Shown in pieces: positions 45,222-55,900 of a stretch of DNA of 64,000 nt. The first letter of the stretch is position 1. Each line of letters opens with the position of its first letter. Where the stretch lies: NCBI RefSeq assembly GCF_024498175.1, contig NZ_CP101823.1, positions 2,236,987-2,300,986 on the forward strand. Direction: 5' to 3'. Position numbers and translations under genes: made by a program. The notes under the pieces were generated by a model. It made no database searches and had not been told where the DNA came from. It saw only the letters and a program-made list of their open reading frames with translations. This DNA is from Haloplanus salinarum. GTDB taxonomy: Archaea > Halobacteriota > Halobacteria > Halobacteriales > Haloferacaceae.

Positions 45222-45311
45222 CGATGGGTTGCAGGGGCGGTCGGTGGTAAAAGCTGTCGCGTCCGGCCGTCGCCGGCGTCGGTTCGACCATTTAAGTAGG
45301 CGCCCCGCGGA

Positions 45312-46322
45312 GTGAGGAGTATGACTGCGGACGCGGCCTTCACGTACGACGGCGGGAAGGTCGCCCCCGGGGAGCGACAGAACCTCCGGTATCGAGTCAG
45401 CGAGACGTATCTCGGCGACCCGGTACGCATCCCGGTCACCGTGATCAACGGGGAGCGGCCGGGGCCGACGCTGTATCTCTCGGCGGCCGCCCACGGCGAC
45501 GAACTCAACGGCATCGCGGTGGTGCGGTCGGTGGCCTACGACTGGGACCTGACGGACCTGGCGGGGACCGTCGTCTGTCTCCCCGTGTTGAACGTCCCCG
45601 GCTTTCTCACCCAGCAGCGGTATCTACCGATCTACGACCGCGACCTGAACCGATCGTTCCCGGGCGATCCGACCTCGACGAGCGCCAAGCGGATGGCCCA
45701 CTCCATCTTCCGGAACTTCGTGGAGCCGTGTGATCTGGGCATCGACTTCCACACCTCGACGCGGGGGCGGACCAACACCCTCCACGTGCGCGCCGACGTG
45801 GACCGCCCGGCGGTGTCTCGGCTGGCACACGCGTTCGGGGCGAGCGTCGTCGTCGACGGCGAGGGGAGCGATGGGACCCTCCGCGGGGAGGCCACGCGCG
45901 CGGGCGTTCCCACGATCACGGTGGAGATGGGCGAGGCCCACCGGTTCGAGCGGTCGCTCATCGACGAGGCCCTCGCGGGCGTCCGAAGCGTCTTCGCCGA
46001 GTACGGTCTCGACGAACGGGGTCGGGTTCGGTGGCCGGGGTGGCGGACGGTGGTGACCGAGAAGACGTGGATCCGGGCCGACGCCGGCGGCATCGTCGAC
46101 ATGCATTACGACCGCGGGGAGGCGGTGCGAGAGGGCGAACGGGTCTGTACGGTCACCGATCCGTTCAAAGCCGACGGGACGCCGATCCGGGCGCCGTTCA
46201 CCGGGGTGTTGCTCGGGGTGCTGGAGAACCCGGTCGTCTACCCCGGCAACCCGATCTGCCACCTGGCCGAACTCGACGATTCGACGGCGCGGATCGTCGA
46301 GCGACGAGCGGCGGATCGATGA
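45312..46322 (+). CDS. succinylglutamate desuccinylase/aspartoacylase (AstE/AspA) family zinc hydrolase
   Basis: YLSAAAHGDELNGIAVV zinc-ligand region; 336 aa. Confidence 0.7.
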   Translation: MRSMTADAAFTYDGGKVAPGERQNLRYRVSETYLGDPVRIPVTVINGERPGPTLYLSAAAHGDELNGIAVVRSVAYDWDLTDLAGTVVCLPVLNVPGFLTQQRYLPIYDRDLNRSFPGDPTSTSAKRMAHSIFRNFVEPCDLGIDFHTSTRGRTNTLHVRADVDRPAVSRLAHAFGASVVVDGEGSDGTLRGEATRAGVPTITVEMGEAHRFERSLIDEALAGVRSVFAEYGLDERGRVRWPGWRTVVTEKTWIRADAGGIVDMHYDRGEAVREGERVCTVTDPFKADGTPIRAPFTGVLLGVLENPVVYPGNPICHLAELDDSTARIVERRAADR

Positions 46323-46420
46323 TCGACGGGATCGGAAGACGGCGGGGAAGCGAGCGAGCGCGTGTGGCGGGCTCCCGTACGTAACTTCTATACCACGCCG
46401 GTCCCGACTCCCGGACGAGC

Positions 46421-46849
46421 ATGAGTCAGTCCTACGATCGGGGCCTCATCGAGGACTTCGGCCGGTGGCGGGAGTTCTCGGCGGGAATGTGGGCCTGGAT
46501 CTTCCACAAGTTCACCGGGTGGGTGCTGGTCGGGTATCTGTTCACCCACGTCGCCGTGCTGAGTACGGCCCTTACGTCGGCGAGCGCCGATCCCGCGACG
46601 GTCGCGGCGAACCAGGACCTCTACACGCAGACGATCCGGACGCTGGAGAGCCTGCTGGTGGTCCGCGTTCTCGAGGTCGGACTGCTGGCGGTGGCGGTGT
46701 TCCACATCCTGAACGGGACGCGCCTCCTCCTGGTCGACCTCGGGATCGGTCTGGAGTCCCAGGATCGGAGCTTCTACGCGTCGCTGATCCTGACCGGCGC
46801 CATCGTCGTCGCGAGCGTCCCCACGTTCCTCGCGGGGGTGTCGCTCTGA
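46421..46849 (+). CDS. sdhC: succinate dehydrogenase membrane anchor/cytochrome b subunit
   Basis: 142 aa, three TM helices, position first in the sdhCDBA cluster. Confidence 0.7.
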   Translation: MSQSYDRGLIEDFGRWREFSAGMWAWIFHKFTGWVLVGYLFTHVAVLSTALTSASADPATVAANQDLYTQTIRTLESLLVVRVLEVGLLAVAVFHILNGTRLLLVDLGIGLESQDRSFYASLILTGAIVVASVPTFLAGVSL

Positions 46850-47229
46850 TGGCCGAGCGCTACTCGTCGTTCCGGAAGGGCGGCCGCCTGTGGCTCTGGC
46901 AGCGCATCACCGCCGCCTTCCTCATCGTGGTCCTCGCCTTCCATTTCTTCCTCCTCCATTTCGTCCACCACGCCGACGAGGTGACCTTCCTGATGAGCGC
47001 CAACCGGATGGAGACGTGGAGCTACTACTCGCTGATGGTCCTCTTTCTGGTGACCGCGACGTTCCACGGCGTCAACGGGGTCTACAACGCCCTGATCAAC
47101 GTGGGGCTGTCGGGGACCAAACGGCAGGTCGTCAAGGGCGTCCTCGTCGTCGCGAGCCTCCTCCTCCTCGTACAGGGCTTCCGAACCGCGAACGCCTGGG
47201 CGGGCATCGACCTCCTCCCGATACTATGA
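46849..47229 (+). CDS. sdhD: succinate dehydrogenase membrane subunit
   Basis: [25 protein letters not shown]; TGATG overlap with sdhC, ATGA overlap with sdhB. Confidence 0.7.
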   Translation: MAERYSSFRKGGRLWLWQRITAAFLIVVLAFHFFLLHFVHHADEVTFLMSANRMETWSYYSLMVLFLVTATFHGVNGVYNALINVGLSGTKRQVVKGVLVVASLLLLVQGFRTANAWAGIDLLPIL

Positions 47230-48119
47230 GCACGCAACGACCCGAGACCGAGACCGAGACGGAGAGCGCGGAAACCGACGCCGAGGCGGCCGAGGGGACG
47301 CCGAAGGAGCGGCGCCTCGACGAGAAGCGCCGCCGCGCCGAGGAACGCGAGCGAAAGCGAGTCGAGGAGGCCGAACGCGTCGCGGCCGACGCGGAGCGAT
47401 ACCACCTGAAGGTGTTCCGCTACGATCCGGAGGTGGCGGGCAAACAGGAGCCACGCTTCGACGACTTCCACGTCCCCTACGAGACGGGAATGACGGTGCT
47501 GGACGCGCTCATCTACGCCCGCGACGAGTTCGACGCCAGTCTCACCTTCCGACACTCCTGTCGGCAGGCGATCTGTGGCTCGGACGCGCTGTTCATCAAC
47601 GGCCGCCAGCGCCTCGGCTGTCAGACCCAGCTCTCTGATCTCGATCAGCCGGTGCGGATCGAACCGCTCCCCCACCAAGAGGTGGTGAAGGATCTGGTCG
47701 TGGACATGGAACATTTCTACGACCAGATGGAGTCGGTCGAGCCGTACTTCCAGACGACCGACCGACCGGACGGCGAACTGGAGGAACAACGCCAGAGCCG
47801 GGAGAACCGCGAGAAGATCAAGACCTCGACCCGGTGTATCTGGTGTGGGGCCTGCATGTCCTCCTGTAACATCGCGGCGGGCGACAACGAGTATCTCGGC
47901 CCGGCGGCGATCAACAAGGCCTACCGCTTTGCCATGGACGAGCGGGAGGGCGAGGAGATGAAACAGCGTCGGCTGGAGATCGTCGAGGAGGAACACGGCG
48001 TCTGGCGGTGTCAGACGCAGTTCTCCTGTACCGAGGTGTGTCCGAAGGATATCCCCCTGACCGAACACATCCAGGAGCTGAAACGCGAGGCAGTCAAGAG
48101 CAACCTGAAGTTTTGGTAA
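47226..48119 (+). CDS. sdhB: succinate dehydrogenase iron-sulfur subunit
   Basis: 2Fe-2S CRQAICGSDA and 4Fe-4S/3Fe-4S CIWCGACMSSC, CTEVCP motifs; start at MSTQRPETE inside ORF 46890..48119. Confidence 0.85.
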   Translation: MSTQRPETETETESAETDAEAAEGTPKERRLDEKRRRAEERERKRVEEAERVAADAERYHLKVFRYDPEVAGKQEPRFDDFHVPYETGMTVLDALIYARDEFDASLTFRHSCRQAICGSDALFINGRQRLGCQTQLSDLDQPVRIEPLPHQEVVKDLVVDMEHFYDQMESVEPYFQTTDRPDGELEEQRQSRENREKIKTSTRCIWCGACMSSCNIAAGDNEYLGPAAINKAYRFAMDEREGEEMKQRRLEIVEEEHGVWRCQTQFSCTEVCPKDIPLTEHIQELKREAVKSNLKFW

Positions 48120-48121
48120 CC

Positions 48122-49951
48122 ATGTACGAATACGACGTCATCGTGGTCGGCGCGGGCGGGGCGGGCCTGCGCGCGGCCATCGCGGCACAGGAAGCGGGCG
48201 CGGACGTGGCGATGGTCACGAAACTCCACCCCGTCCGGAGTCACACGGGCGCAGCGGAAGGCGGGATCAACGCCGCGCTCCGCGAGGGCGACGACTGGGA
48301 GCTCCACGCCTACGACACGATGAAGGGCGCGGACTACCTGGCCGACGCGCCGGCGGCGGAGGCGCTGACCCAAGAGAGCCCCGAGGAGGTCATCCAACTC
48401 GAACACTGGGGGATGGCGTTCTCCCGTGACGACGACGGGCGCGTCTCCCAGCGTCCCTTCGGCGGCCTGTCGTTCCCGCGGACGACCTACGCGGGCGCGG
48501 AGACGGGCCATCACCTCCTGCATACGCTGTACGAGCAGGTGGTGAAACGCGGCATCGACGTCTTCGACGAGTGGTACGTGCTGAACCTCGCCGTCTCGGA
48601 CGAGGAGCGCCCCGAGGACCGGACCTGCCACGGCGTCGTGGCCTACGAGACGGCGACGGGGAACGTGGAGGCCTTCACCGCCCGAGACGGCGTGATCCTC
48701 GCCACCGGCGGCCTGGGCCAGGTGTACGACCACACCACGAACGCGGTGGCCAACACCGGCGACGGAGTGGCGATGGCCTACCGCGCCGGCGTCCCTGCCG
48801 AGGACATGGAGATGATCCAGTTCCACCCGACGACGCTCCCCTCGACGGGCGTCCTGATTTCGGAGGGCGTCCGCGGCGAGGGCGGTATCCTCTACAACGA
48901 CGAGGGCGAGCGGTTCATGTTCGAACACGGGTACGCCAAAAACGACGGCGAACTCGCCTCCCGGGACGTCGTCTCCCGCGCCGAGCTGACCGAGGTCAAC
49001 GAGGGTCGCGGCATCGAGGACGAGTACGTCCACCTCGACATGCGCCACCTCGGCGAGGAGCGCATCCTCGACCGCCTGGAGAACATCCTCCACCTCGCGG
49101 AGGACTTCGAGGGCGTCGACGGGCTGGAGGAACCGATGCCGGTCAAGCCCGGGCAACACTACGCCATGGGCGGTATCGAGACGGACGAGTTCGGGCGGAC
49201 CTGCGTCGACGGGCTCTACGCCGTCGGCGAGTGTGCCTGTGCGAGCGTCCACGGGTCGAACCGTCTGGGCGGGAACGCCCTGCCGGAGTTGATCGTCTTC
49301 GGCAAGCGGGCGGGACGACACGCCGGCGGCGAGGACCTGGGCGACCCACGCATCCCCGTCGGTCGGACCGGCGAGGTCGAACCGGGTGACGTCGAGACGC
49401 CGGTCGAACTCGGCGAGCCCTGGGGCGCGGCCGCCGTCGCCGACGGCGGCGCGGCCGCCGAGGCGGCCGAGGCCGTCGTCGAACGGACGCTCGAACGCGA
49501 GCGCGAGCGGATCGACCGCCTCCTCGAACGCGACGAGGGGACCCAACACGCGGACATCCGCGCGGCGGTCCAGCGGACGATGACCGAGAACGTCAACGTC
49601 TTCCGCGAGGAGAGCGCGCTGAAGGAAGCGCTGGTCGACATCCACGCCGCGCGCCAGCGCTACCGCGACGTCTACGTCGCGGATCCGTCGAGCACCTACA
49701 ACACGGACCTGATCCAGACTATCGAGACGCGCAACCTGCTCGACATCGCCGAGATGATCACCGTGGGCGCGCTCGCCCGCGAGGAGTTCCGTGGTGCTCA
49801 CTGGCGCAAGCAGTACCAGGAGCGCCGCGACGACGAGTGGCTCAAACACACGATGGTCTCGTGGTCGGACGGCTCGCCCGAACTCTGGTACAAGCCGGTC
49901 GTCCTGGAGGGCGAGGCGGGCGCCTACGAGCCGAAAGAGCGGAGCTACTGA
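48122..49951 (+). CDS. sdhA: succinate dehydrogenase flavoprotein subunit
   Basis: YDVIVVGAGGAGLRAA FAD motif, RSHTGAAEGGINAA, HYAMGGI; start at MYEYDV inside ORF 48008..49951. Confidence 0.9.
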   Translation: MYEYDVIVVGAGGAGLRAAIAAQEAGADVAMVTKLHPVRSHTGAAEGGINAALREGDDWELHAYDTMKGADYLADAPAAEALTQESPEEVIQLEHWGMAFSRDDDGRVSQRPFGGLSFPRTTYAGAETGHHLLHTLYEQVVKRGIDVFDEWYVLNLAVSDEERPEDRTCHGVVAYETATGNVEAFTARDGVILATGGLGQVYDHTTNAVANTGDGVAMAYRAGVPAEDMEMIQFHPTTLPSTGVLISEGVRGEGGILYNDEGERFMFEHGYAKNDGELASRDVVSRAELTEVNEGRGIEDEYVHLDMRHLGEERILDRLENILHLAEDFEGVDGLEEPMPVKPGQHYAMGGIETDEFGRTCVDGLYAVGECACASVHGSNRLGGNALPELIVFGKRAGRHAGGEDLGDPRIPVGRTGEVEPGDVETPVELGEPWGAAAVADGGAAAEAAEAVVERTLERERERIDRLLERDEGTQHADIRAAVQRTMTENVNVFREESALKEALVDIHAARQRYRDVYVADPSSTYNTDLIQTIETRNLLDIAEMITVGALAREEFRGAHWRKQYQERRDDEWLKHTMVSWSDGSPELWYKPVVLEGEAGAYEPKERSY

Positions 49952-50133
49952 GAACGGCCCGACGTCGGTCCGACCGGTGGACCGCCACGTCGTGTCAACT
50001 CCCTAATTACATGAGACGATAATTGGCCGGTTGATTTATCCCTCAGCACCCCATTTCTCACATCGACACACGTCGAGGCGTGCCCGCGCGGGAGCTTCTC
50101 CCCCCGGCTCCGGCCCGGCGTGTCAAGACAACC

Positions 50134-50562
50134 ATGAACTTCAAAGAACTACTGACGGAGGATCGGGCGGTTAGTCCGGTCATCGGCGTCATCCTGATGG
50201 TGGCCATCACCGTCATCCTCGCCGCCGTCATCGGCACCTTCGTCCTCGGACTGGGCGACCAGGTCAGCGAGAGCGCACCGCAGGCGAGCATGAGCTTCGA
50301 CTTCAACATCGGTGCTGACTCGGGAGACTACGTCAACATCACCCACGAGGGCGGTGAGACGCTCGACAATTCGAGTATAAGCGTCGACGCGGACAGCACA
50401 CTGACGTACCAATCCACCCCCTCACAGTGGAGCGATACGATTTCCGCAGGAGACACTGGCGTCTTCACGGGAGTCAGTAACGGAGACACCGTCCGCGTCA
50501 TCTGGACCAACCCGGCCGGCGGCTCCACGAACACCATCGCCCGCGCCACCGCACCGCAGTAA
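50134..50562 (+). CDS. pilA: PilA-type adhesion pilin (class III signal peptide, conserved hydrophobic H-domain)
   Basis: MNFKELLTEDRAVSPVIGVILMVAITVILAAVIGTFVLGLGDQV; start trimmed from 50080. Confidence 0.75.
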   Translation: MNFKELLTEDRAVSPVIGVILMVAITVILAAVIGTFVLGLGDQVSESAPQASMSFDFNIGADSGDYVNITHEGGETLDNSSISVDADSTLTYQSTPSQWSDTISAGDTGVFTGVSNGDTVRVIWTNPAGGSTNTIARATAPQ

Positions 50563-50576
50563 CGACCACGCACGGA

Positions 50577-50583
50577 TTTTTTT
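50577..50583 (+). terminator. oligo-T tract (T7) 15 nt after the first pilin stop
   Basis: archaeal terminators are typically oligo-T runs. Confidence 0.4.
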
Positions 50584-50792
50584 CGACGACCGCGACCCCG
50601 GCAGTCGTATCGCCGAACGGATCGGAACCGATTATGACTACGGACGTCACCGATCGACTCTCCAAATATCACACAAAATAACCTAGGGGTGCGTTTATCA
50701 ATGTCGGGCGCCTCCAGAACGGCACACACGTCGAGGCGTGCCCGCGCGGGAGCTTCATCCCCCCTGGCTCCGGCCCGGCGTGTCGAGACATC

Positions 50793-51239
50793 ATGAACTT
50801 CAAAGAACTACTGGCGGAGGATCGGGCGGTCAGCCCGGTCATCGGCGTGATTCTGATGGTCGCGATCACCGTCATCCTCGCCGCCGTCATCGGCACCTTC
50901 GTCCTCGGACTGGGCGACCAGGTCAGCGACAACGCACCGCAAGCCAGCTTCAGTTTCGACTTCTCGGCGACAGGCGATTTCGACGGCGGGACCGACGACT
51001 ACGTGAACATCACCCACGAGGGTGGTGAGACGCTGGACAACAGTACGATCAGCGTCGACGGCGACGGAACCACCACACTCGCGCTCAACGATTCGGGCGG
51101 CTGGGGCGACGGAACGATCCAGGCCGGCGACCAAGCCTCGTACAACGGCGTCGACGCCGGCGAGACGATCCGCGTCGTCTGGACCAACCCCAACGGCGGC
51201 AGCACGAACACCATCGCGCGCTCGACCGCACCGCAGTAA
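50793..51239 (+). CDS. pilA: PilA-type adhesion pilin, tandem paralog
   Basis: identical N-terminal 48 aa (1-2 substitutions) to the upstream pilin; divergent C-terminal domain. Confidence 0.75.
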   Translation: MNFKELLAEDRAVSPVIGVILMVAITVILAAVIGTFVLGLGDQVSDNAPQASFSFDFSATGDFDGGTDDYVNITHEGGETLDNSTISVDGDGTTTLALNDSGGWGDGTIQAGDQASYNGVDAGETIRVVWTNPNGGSTNTIARSTAPQ

Positions 51240-51257
51240 CGCGCCGATCGGCTACCG

Positions 51258-51263
51258 TTTTTT
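51258..51263 (+). terminator. oligo-T tract (T6) after the second pilin stop
   Basis: ccgttttttcgcg. Confidence 0.35.
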
Positions 51264-51315
51264 CGCGACGGATCGGAACCGCCAGTATCAGTACCGACGG
51301 GACCCTACGCCCCGT

Positions 51316-51540
51316 ATGGACACCGACACGTTGCTGACGCGGGACACCCTGCTCGTGATCGCCCTCCTCGTCGTCGGCATCGGCGGGTCGGGGATCGCCC
51401 GCGGACTGCTCGCCGAACGGGGGTACGACGTCCTCGGGTCGGCCGTGTTCGTGCTCGGCTACGGGACGATGGTCGCGCTGCTGTGGTGGGGGTGGCTCAG
51501 GCCGCTCGACATCACCGGGCCGAGCGACCGACGGGAGTAG
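51316..51540 (+). CDS. small membrane protein, 74 aa
   Basis: internal ATG of ORF 51022..51540; two TM helices. Confidence 0.45.
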   Translation: MDTDTLLTRDTLLVIALLVVGIGGSGIARGLLAERGYDVLGSAVFVLGYGTMVALLWWGWLRPLDITGPSDRRE

Positions 51541-51602
51541 GGGGCGACGGCCGTCGGTAAACGGAACTTTAATGCCCGATTCCGGGCGAGTTGTGAGTAG
51601 GA

Positions 51603-51854
51603 ATGCTCCCGTTACAGGTCATCGACAGTTTCCTGCTCAACTACAACGTCGGGCAGGCGCTGTTGCTGTTTTTCATCCTCGCCACGGTCGGGGCGCTGCC
51701 GCTGAAATCGAGGCGGATCATGGCCATCAACGTGACCGTCTTCGGTCTGGTGTTCATCATGACGCCACAGTCGCTGGCGCCGATCCACTACCTGTTCCTC
51801 GGCATCGTCCTGCTGGTCGTCGGGCCGGTGCTGTGGGTGACGGCCGAGCGGTGA
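51603..51854 (+). CDS. small membrane protein, 83 aa
   Basis: ORF track; three hydrophobic helices. Confidence 0.5.
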   Translation: MLPLQVIDSFLLNYNVGQALLLFFILATVGALPLKSRRIMAINVTVFGLVFIMTPQSLAPIHYLFLGIVLLVVGPVLWVTAER

Positions 51855-51894
51855 GGAGCGCGACGTTTAACCGGGCGAGGATGCAACCCGAGGT

Positions 51895-52425
51895 ATGACG
51901 AAACCGGGTGTCCCCGGCGACACACGTACGATCGACCTCCCCTGTGGGGAGACCGTGCCGGTCACGGAGTTCGACCTCGGGATGCGGGAGTTCGAGTGTG
52001 CCTGCGGCGACGCCCACGCCGTCGTGGTGGACGTCCACCCGCCGGAGCGGTTCCTGCCGGAGTTCCTGGTCGAGGTGTTGCGGGAGACGGTCGAGACGAC
52101 CAGCGAGGAGATGCCGGAGTTCGACACCCCCCACCTCCTCGGTGTCGTCCTCGAGGAGTTCCCCGCCCGCGTGGCGACGGCGGACCTGAGCGAGGAGGGC
52201 GACGTGGGCTATGCCCTCCTGTGGGTGACGGACTTCGACGCGCGTCGCCTCCACGAGATCATCGTCGAACTCGTGGTGGAACTGATGGAACACGCGGTCA
52301 GTCATGCCGAGGACGACGCCACGATCGAGGAGTTTGAGCGACGGATGCTCGATTTCGACGTCTCGACGTTCGTCGAGCAGTACCGATCGGAGCGGGACCT
52401 GGACGCCGACGACGTATACGTGTGA
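51895..52425 (+). CDS. acidic hypothetical protein with CxC...CxC motif (CGETVP...CACGDAH)
   Basis: ORF track. Confidence 0.55.
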   Translation: MTKPGVPGDTRTIDLPCGETVPVTEFDLGMREFECACGDAHAVVVDVHPPERFLPEFLVEVLRETVETTSEEMPEFDTPHLLGVVLEEFPARVATADLSEEGDVGYALLWVTDFDARRLHEIIVELVVELMEHAVSHAEDDATIEEFERRMLDFDVSTFVEQYRSERDLDADDVYV

Positions 52426-52497
52426 GTTACGCCGTCTGACAGTCGTCGGACGGTCGTCTCACTGAACACTAAGGCGTTCCCGGCCGTTGTAGGACGT

Positions 52498-52710
52498 ATG
52501 CGCCCCCAGTCGACGCAGTACGAGAAACTCCGGGGCGTGCTCTCCGAGGCCGACGAGCCGTTGACCGCCCGTGAGATCCTGTCGCTCCTGGAGGAGCACG
52601 AGGAGTTCGAGAGCGCCCACCGCGTCGCGACGGTTCTCGGCCGGTGGGCCGAGGAGGGCGACGTAGAGGTCCTCCAGGGCAGTCCGTATCGGTACCGACT
52701 GAACACGTAA
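52498..52710 (+). CDS. small winged-helix-like protein, 70 aa
   Basis: ORF track; LTAREILSLLEE...HRVATVLGRW. Confidence 0.4.
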   Translation: MRPQSTQYEKLRGVLSEADEPLTAREILSLLEEHEEFESAHRVATVLGRWAEEGDVEVLQGSPYRYRLNT

Positions 52711-52912
52711 CGGGTCCCACCTGACGAGCGACCGACCCTCGGGAGCGACCGCTCGGGCGACGCGACGACGGCCGAGTTCGGCGGACACACCGCCGCTCAC
52801 ACCGACACCGTGGGACGGCGGACCGCGCGACCGTCAGTTTCGAAATCCGTAATCCAGTTGCGTATCTCGTACTGTTCCGTCGGGCTTATTACGATGTGCG
52901 GACTCCGATCGG

Positions 52913-55900
52913 ATGATGACCGACGAGGCCACCGTGGCGGACACCTCCGCCACCGAATCCGAGAACCGGACGATACTGTTGATCGGAAGCGGTCCGATCC
53001 AGATCGGACAGGCCGCCGAGTTCGACTACTCCGGCGCGCAGGCCTGCCGAGCCCTGCAGGAGGAGGGCGCTCGGGTCGTCCTCGTCAACTCGAACCCCGC
53101 GACGATCATGACGGACCCGGAGATGGCCGACCGGGTCTACATCGAACCCATCACGACCGAGGCCATCGCGGAGATCATCCGGCAGGAGCAGCCGGACGGC
53201 GTGATCGCCGGCCTCGGCGGGCAGACGGGGCTGAACGTCACCGCCGAACTCGCCGAGGAGGGCGTCCTCGACGAACACGACGTCGATATCATGGGGACCC
53301 CCCTCGACACCATCTACGCGACCGAGGACCGCGACCTCTTCCGCAAGCGCATGGAGAAGATCGGCCAGCCGGTGCCGGCCTCGACGACCATCGTCCTCGA
53401 CGACGACGAGTCGGCCGAGGCGATGAGCGAGGACGCCCTCCGTGACCGGGTCGCGGCCGCCGTCGAGGAGGTCGGCGGCCTCCCCGTCATCGCCCGGACG
53501 ACCTACACGCTCGGCGGGTCCGGATCGGGCGTCGTCGACGACATGGACAAGCTCGTCGAGCGGGTCCGGAAGGGGCTTCGCCTCTCGCGGAACGACGAGG
53601 TGCTCATCACGGAGTCCATCGCGGGCTGGGTCGAACTGGAGTACGAGGTGATGCGCGACGCCGACGACTCGACGATCATCATCTGCAACATGGAGAACAT
53701 CGATCCGATGGGCATCCACACGGGCGAGTCGGTCGTCGTCACACCCTCGCAGGTGATCCCCGACGAGGGCCACCAGGAGATGCGCGACGCCGCGCTCGAA
53801 GTCATCCGCGAACTCGGCATCCAGGGCGGCTGTAACATCCAGTTCGCGTGGCACGACGACGGCACGCCGAGCGGCGAGTACCGCGTCGTCGAGGTGAACC
53901 CCCGCGTCTCCCGCTCCTCGGCGCTGGCCTCGAAGGCGACGGGCTACCCCATCGCCCGCGTCACCGCGAAGGTCGCGCTCGGCAAGCGCCTCCACGAGAT
54001 CGAAAACGAGATCACCGGCGAGACGACGGCGGCGTTCGAACCCGCCATCGACTACGTGGTGACGAAGGTCCCGCGGTGGCCGATCGACAAGTTCGACGAC
54101 GTGGACTTTACGCTCGGCCCGGCGATGAAGTCGACGGGCGAGGCGATGTCCATCGGCCGCACCTTCGAGGAGTCGCTGTTGAAGGCGCTTCGCTCCTCGG
54201 AGTACGACCCGGCGGTCGACTGGATCGACGTGGACGACGAGACCCTCGAACGCGAGTATCTGGAGCGCCCGAGCCCGGACCGGCCCTACGCCATCTTCGA
54301 GGCGTTCGACCGCGGCTACACCGTCGAGGACGTCGTCGGCCTGACCGACATCAAGGAGTGGTACGTCGAGCGGTTCAAGCGCGTCGCCGACTCGGTGGCG
54401 GCCGCCGCCGAGGGCGACTTCACCGAGGCCGCCGTCAAGGGCGTCACCAACGCCGAAATCGCCTCGACGGCCGGCACCGACGTCGGGAGCGTCGAGACGT
54501 CGGTCCCCGGGCGCACCTACAAGCAGGTCGACACCTGCGCCGGCGAGTTCGCGGCCCAGACGCCGTACTACTACTCCTCGCGCAAGCCGGAGTTCGTCAC
54601 CGGGCCGTTCGAGGGCGACGCCGCGGCCGGCGAACTGCGCGTCGACCGCGACGTCGAGAGCGTCGTCGTCGTCGGTGGGGGCCCCATCCGCATCGGCCAG
54701 GGCGTGGAGTTCGACTACTGTTCGGTCCACGCCATCCAGGCGCTTCGCGAGGAGGGAATCGACGCCCACGTCGTCAACAACAACCCCGAGACGGTGTCGA
54801 CGGACTACGACACCTCCGACGGCCTCTTCTTCGAACCCATCACCGCCGAGGAGGTCGCGGACGTGGTCGAGGCCGCCGACGCCGACGGCGTGATGGTACA
54901 GTTCGGCGGACAGACCTCGGTCAACATCGGCCACCCGCTGGAGGCGGAGCTGGAGCGCCGCAGCCTCGACTGTGAGATCCTCGGGACGAGCGTCGACGCC
55001 ATGGACCTCGCGGAGGACCGCGACCGGTTCAACCGCCTGATGGACGAGCGCGGTATCGCCCAGCCGGAGGGGGGCTCCGCCACCAGCGAGAGCGAGGCGA
55101 TCGAACTCGCCAACGACATCGGCTACCCCGTGCTGGTGCGCCCCTCCTACGTCCTGGGCGGGCGCGCGATGGACGTGGTCTACGGCGACGACGAACTGAA
55201 GGAGTACATCGAGGAGGCGGTTCGGGTCTCGCCCGACAAGCCGATCCTCATCGACGACTTCCTCGAGGACGCGGTCGAACTCGACGTCGACGCCGTCGCC
55301 GACGGCGAGGACGTGTTGATCGGCGGCGTGATGGAACACGTCGAGTCGGCGGGCGTCCACTCCGGCGACTCGGCGTGTATGATCCCGCCGCAGGCCGACG
55401 AGGTCCGCGACGTGATGGATCGGGTCCGCGAGGTAACCCTCGAAATCGCCCGCGAACTCGACACCGTGGGGCTGTTGAACGTCCAGCTCGCGGTCAAGGA
55501 CGGCACGGTGTACGTCCTCGAGGCGAACCCGCGGTCCTCGCGGACGGTCCCCTTCGTCTCGAAGGCGACGGGCGTCCCCATCGCCAAGCTCGCGGCGAAG
55601 GTGATGGCCGGCGACGACCTCGCCGACCTCGACGTCGAGGAACGGATCCCCGAGCAGGTGAGCGTCAAGGAGGTCGTCCTGCCGTTCGACCGCCTGGAGG
55701 GGAGCGACCCCCGCTTGGGGCCGGAGATGAAATCGACCGGCGAGGTCATGGGCACGGCCCAGCACTTCGGCAAGGCCTACGAGAAGGCCCAGTCGGCGAC
55801 GGGGAAGGCCATCCCGACCGAGGGGACCGCCGTGGTCGACCTCTCGGCCGAGGAGTTCCCCGCCCCCGACAGCGAGGCCGGTCAGGCCCTGCTCGATGGC

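Noticed and set aside
50134-51239. Archaellins (FlaA/FlaB)
   Set aside because: The N-terminal DRAVSPVIGVILMVAITVILAAVIG domain matches the conserved H-domain of haloarchaeal PilA adhesion pilins rather than archaellin N-termini; no fla accessory genes nearby
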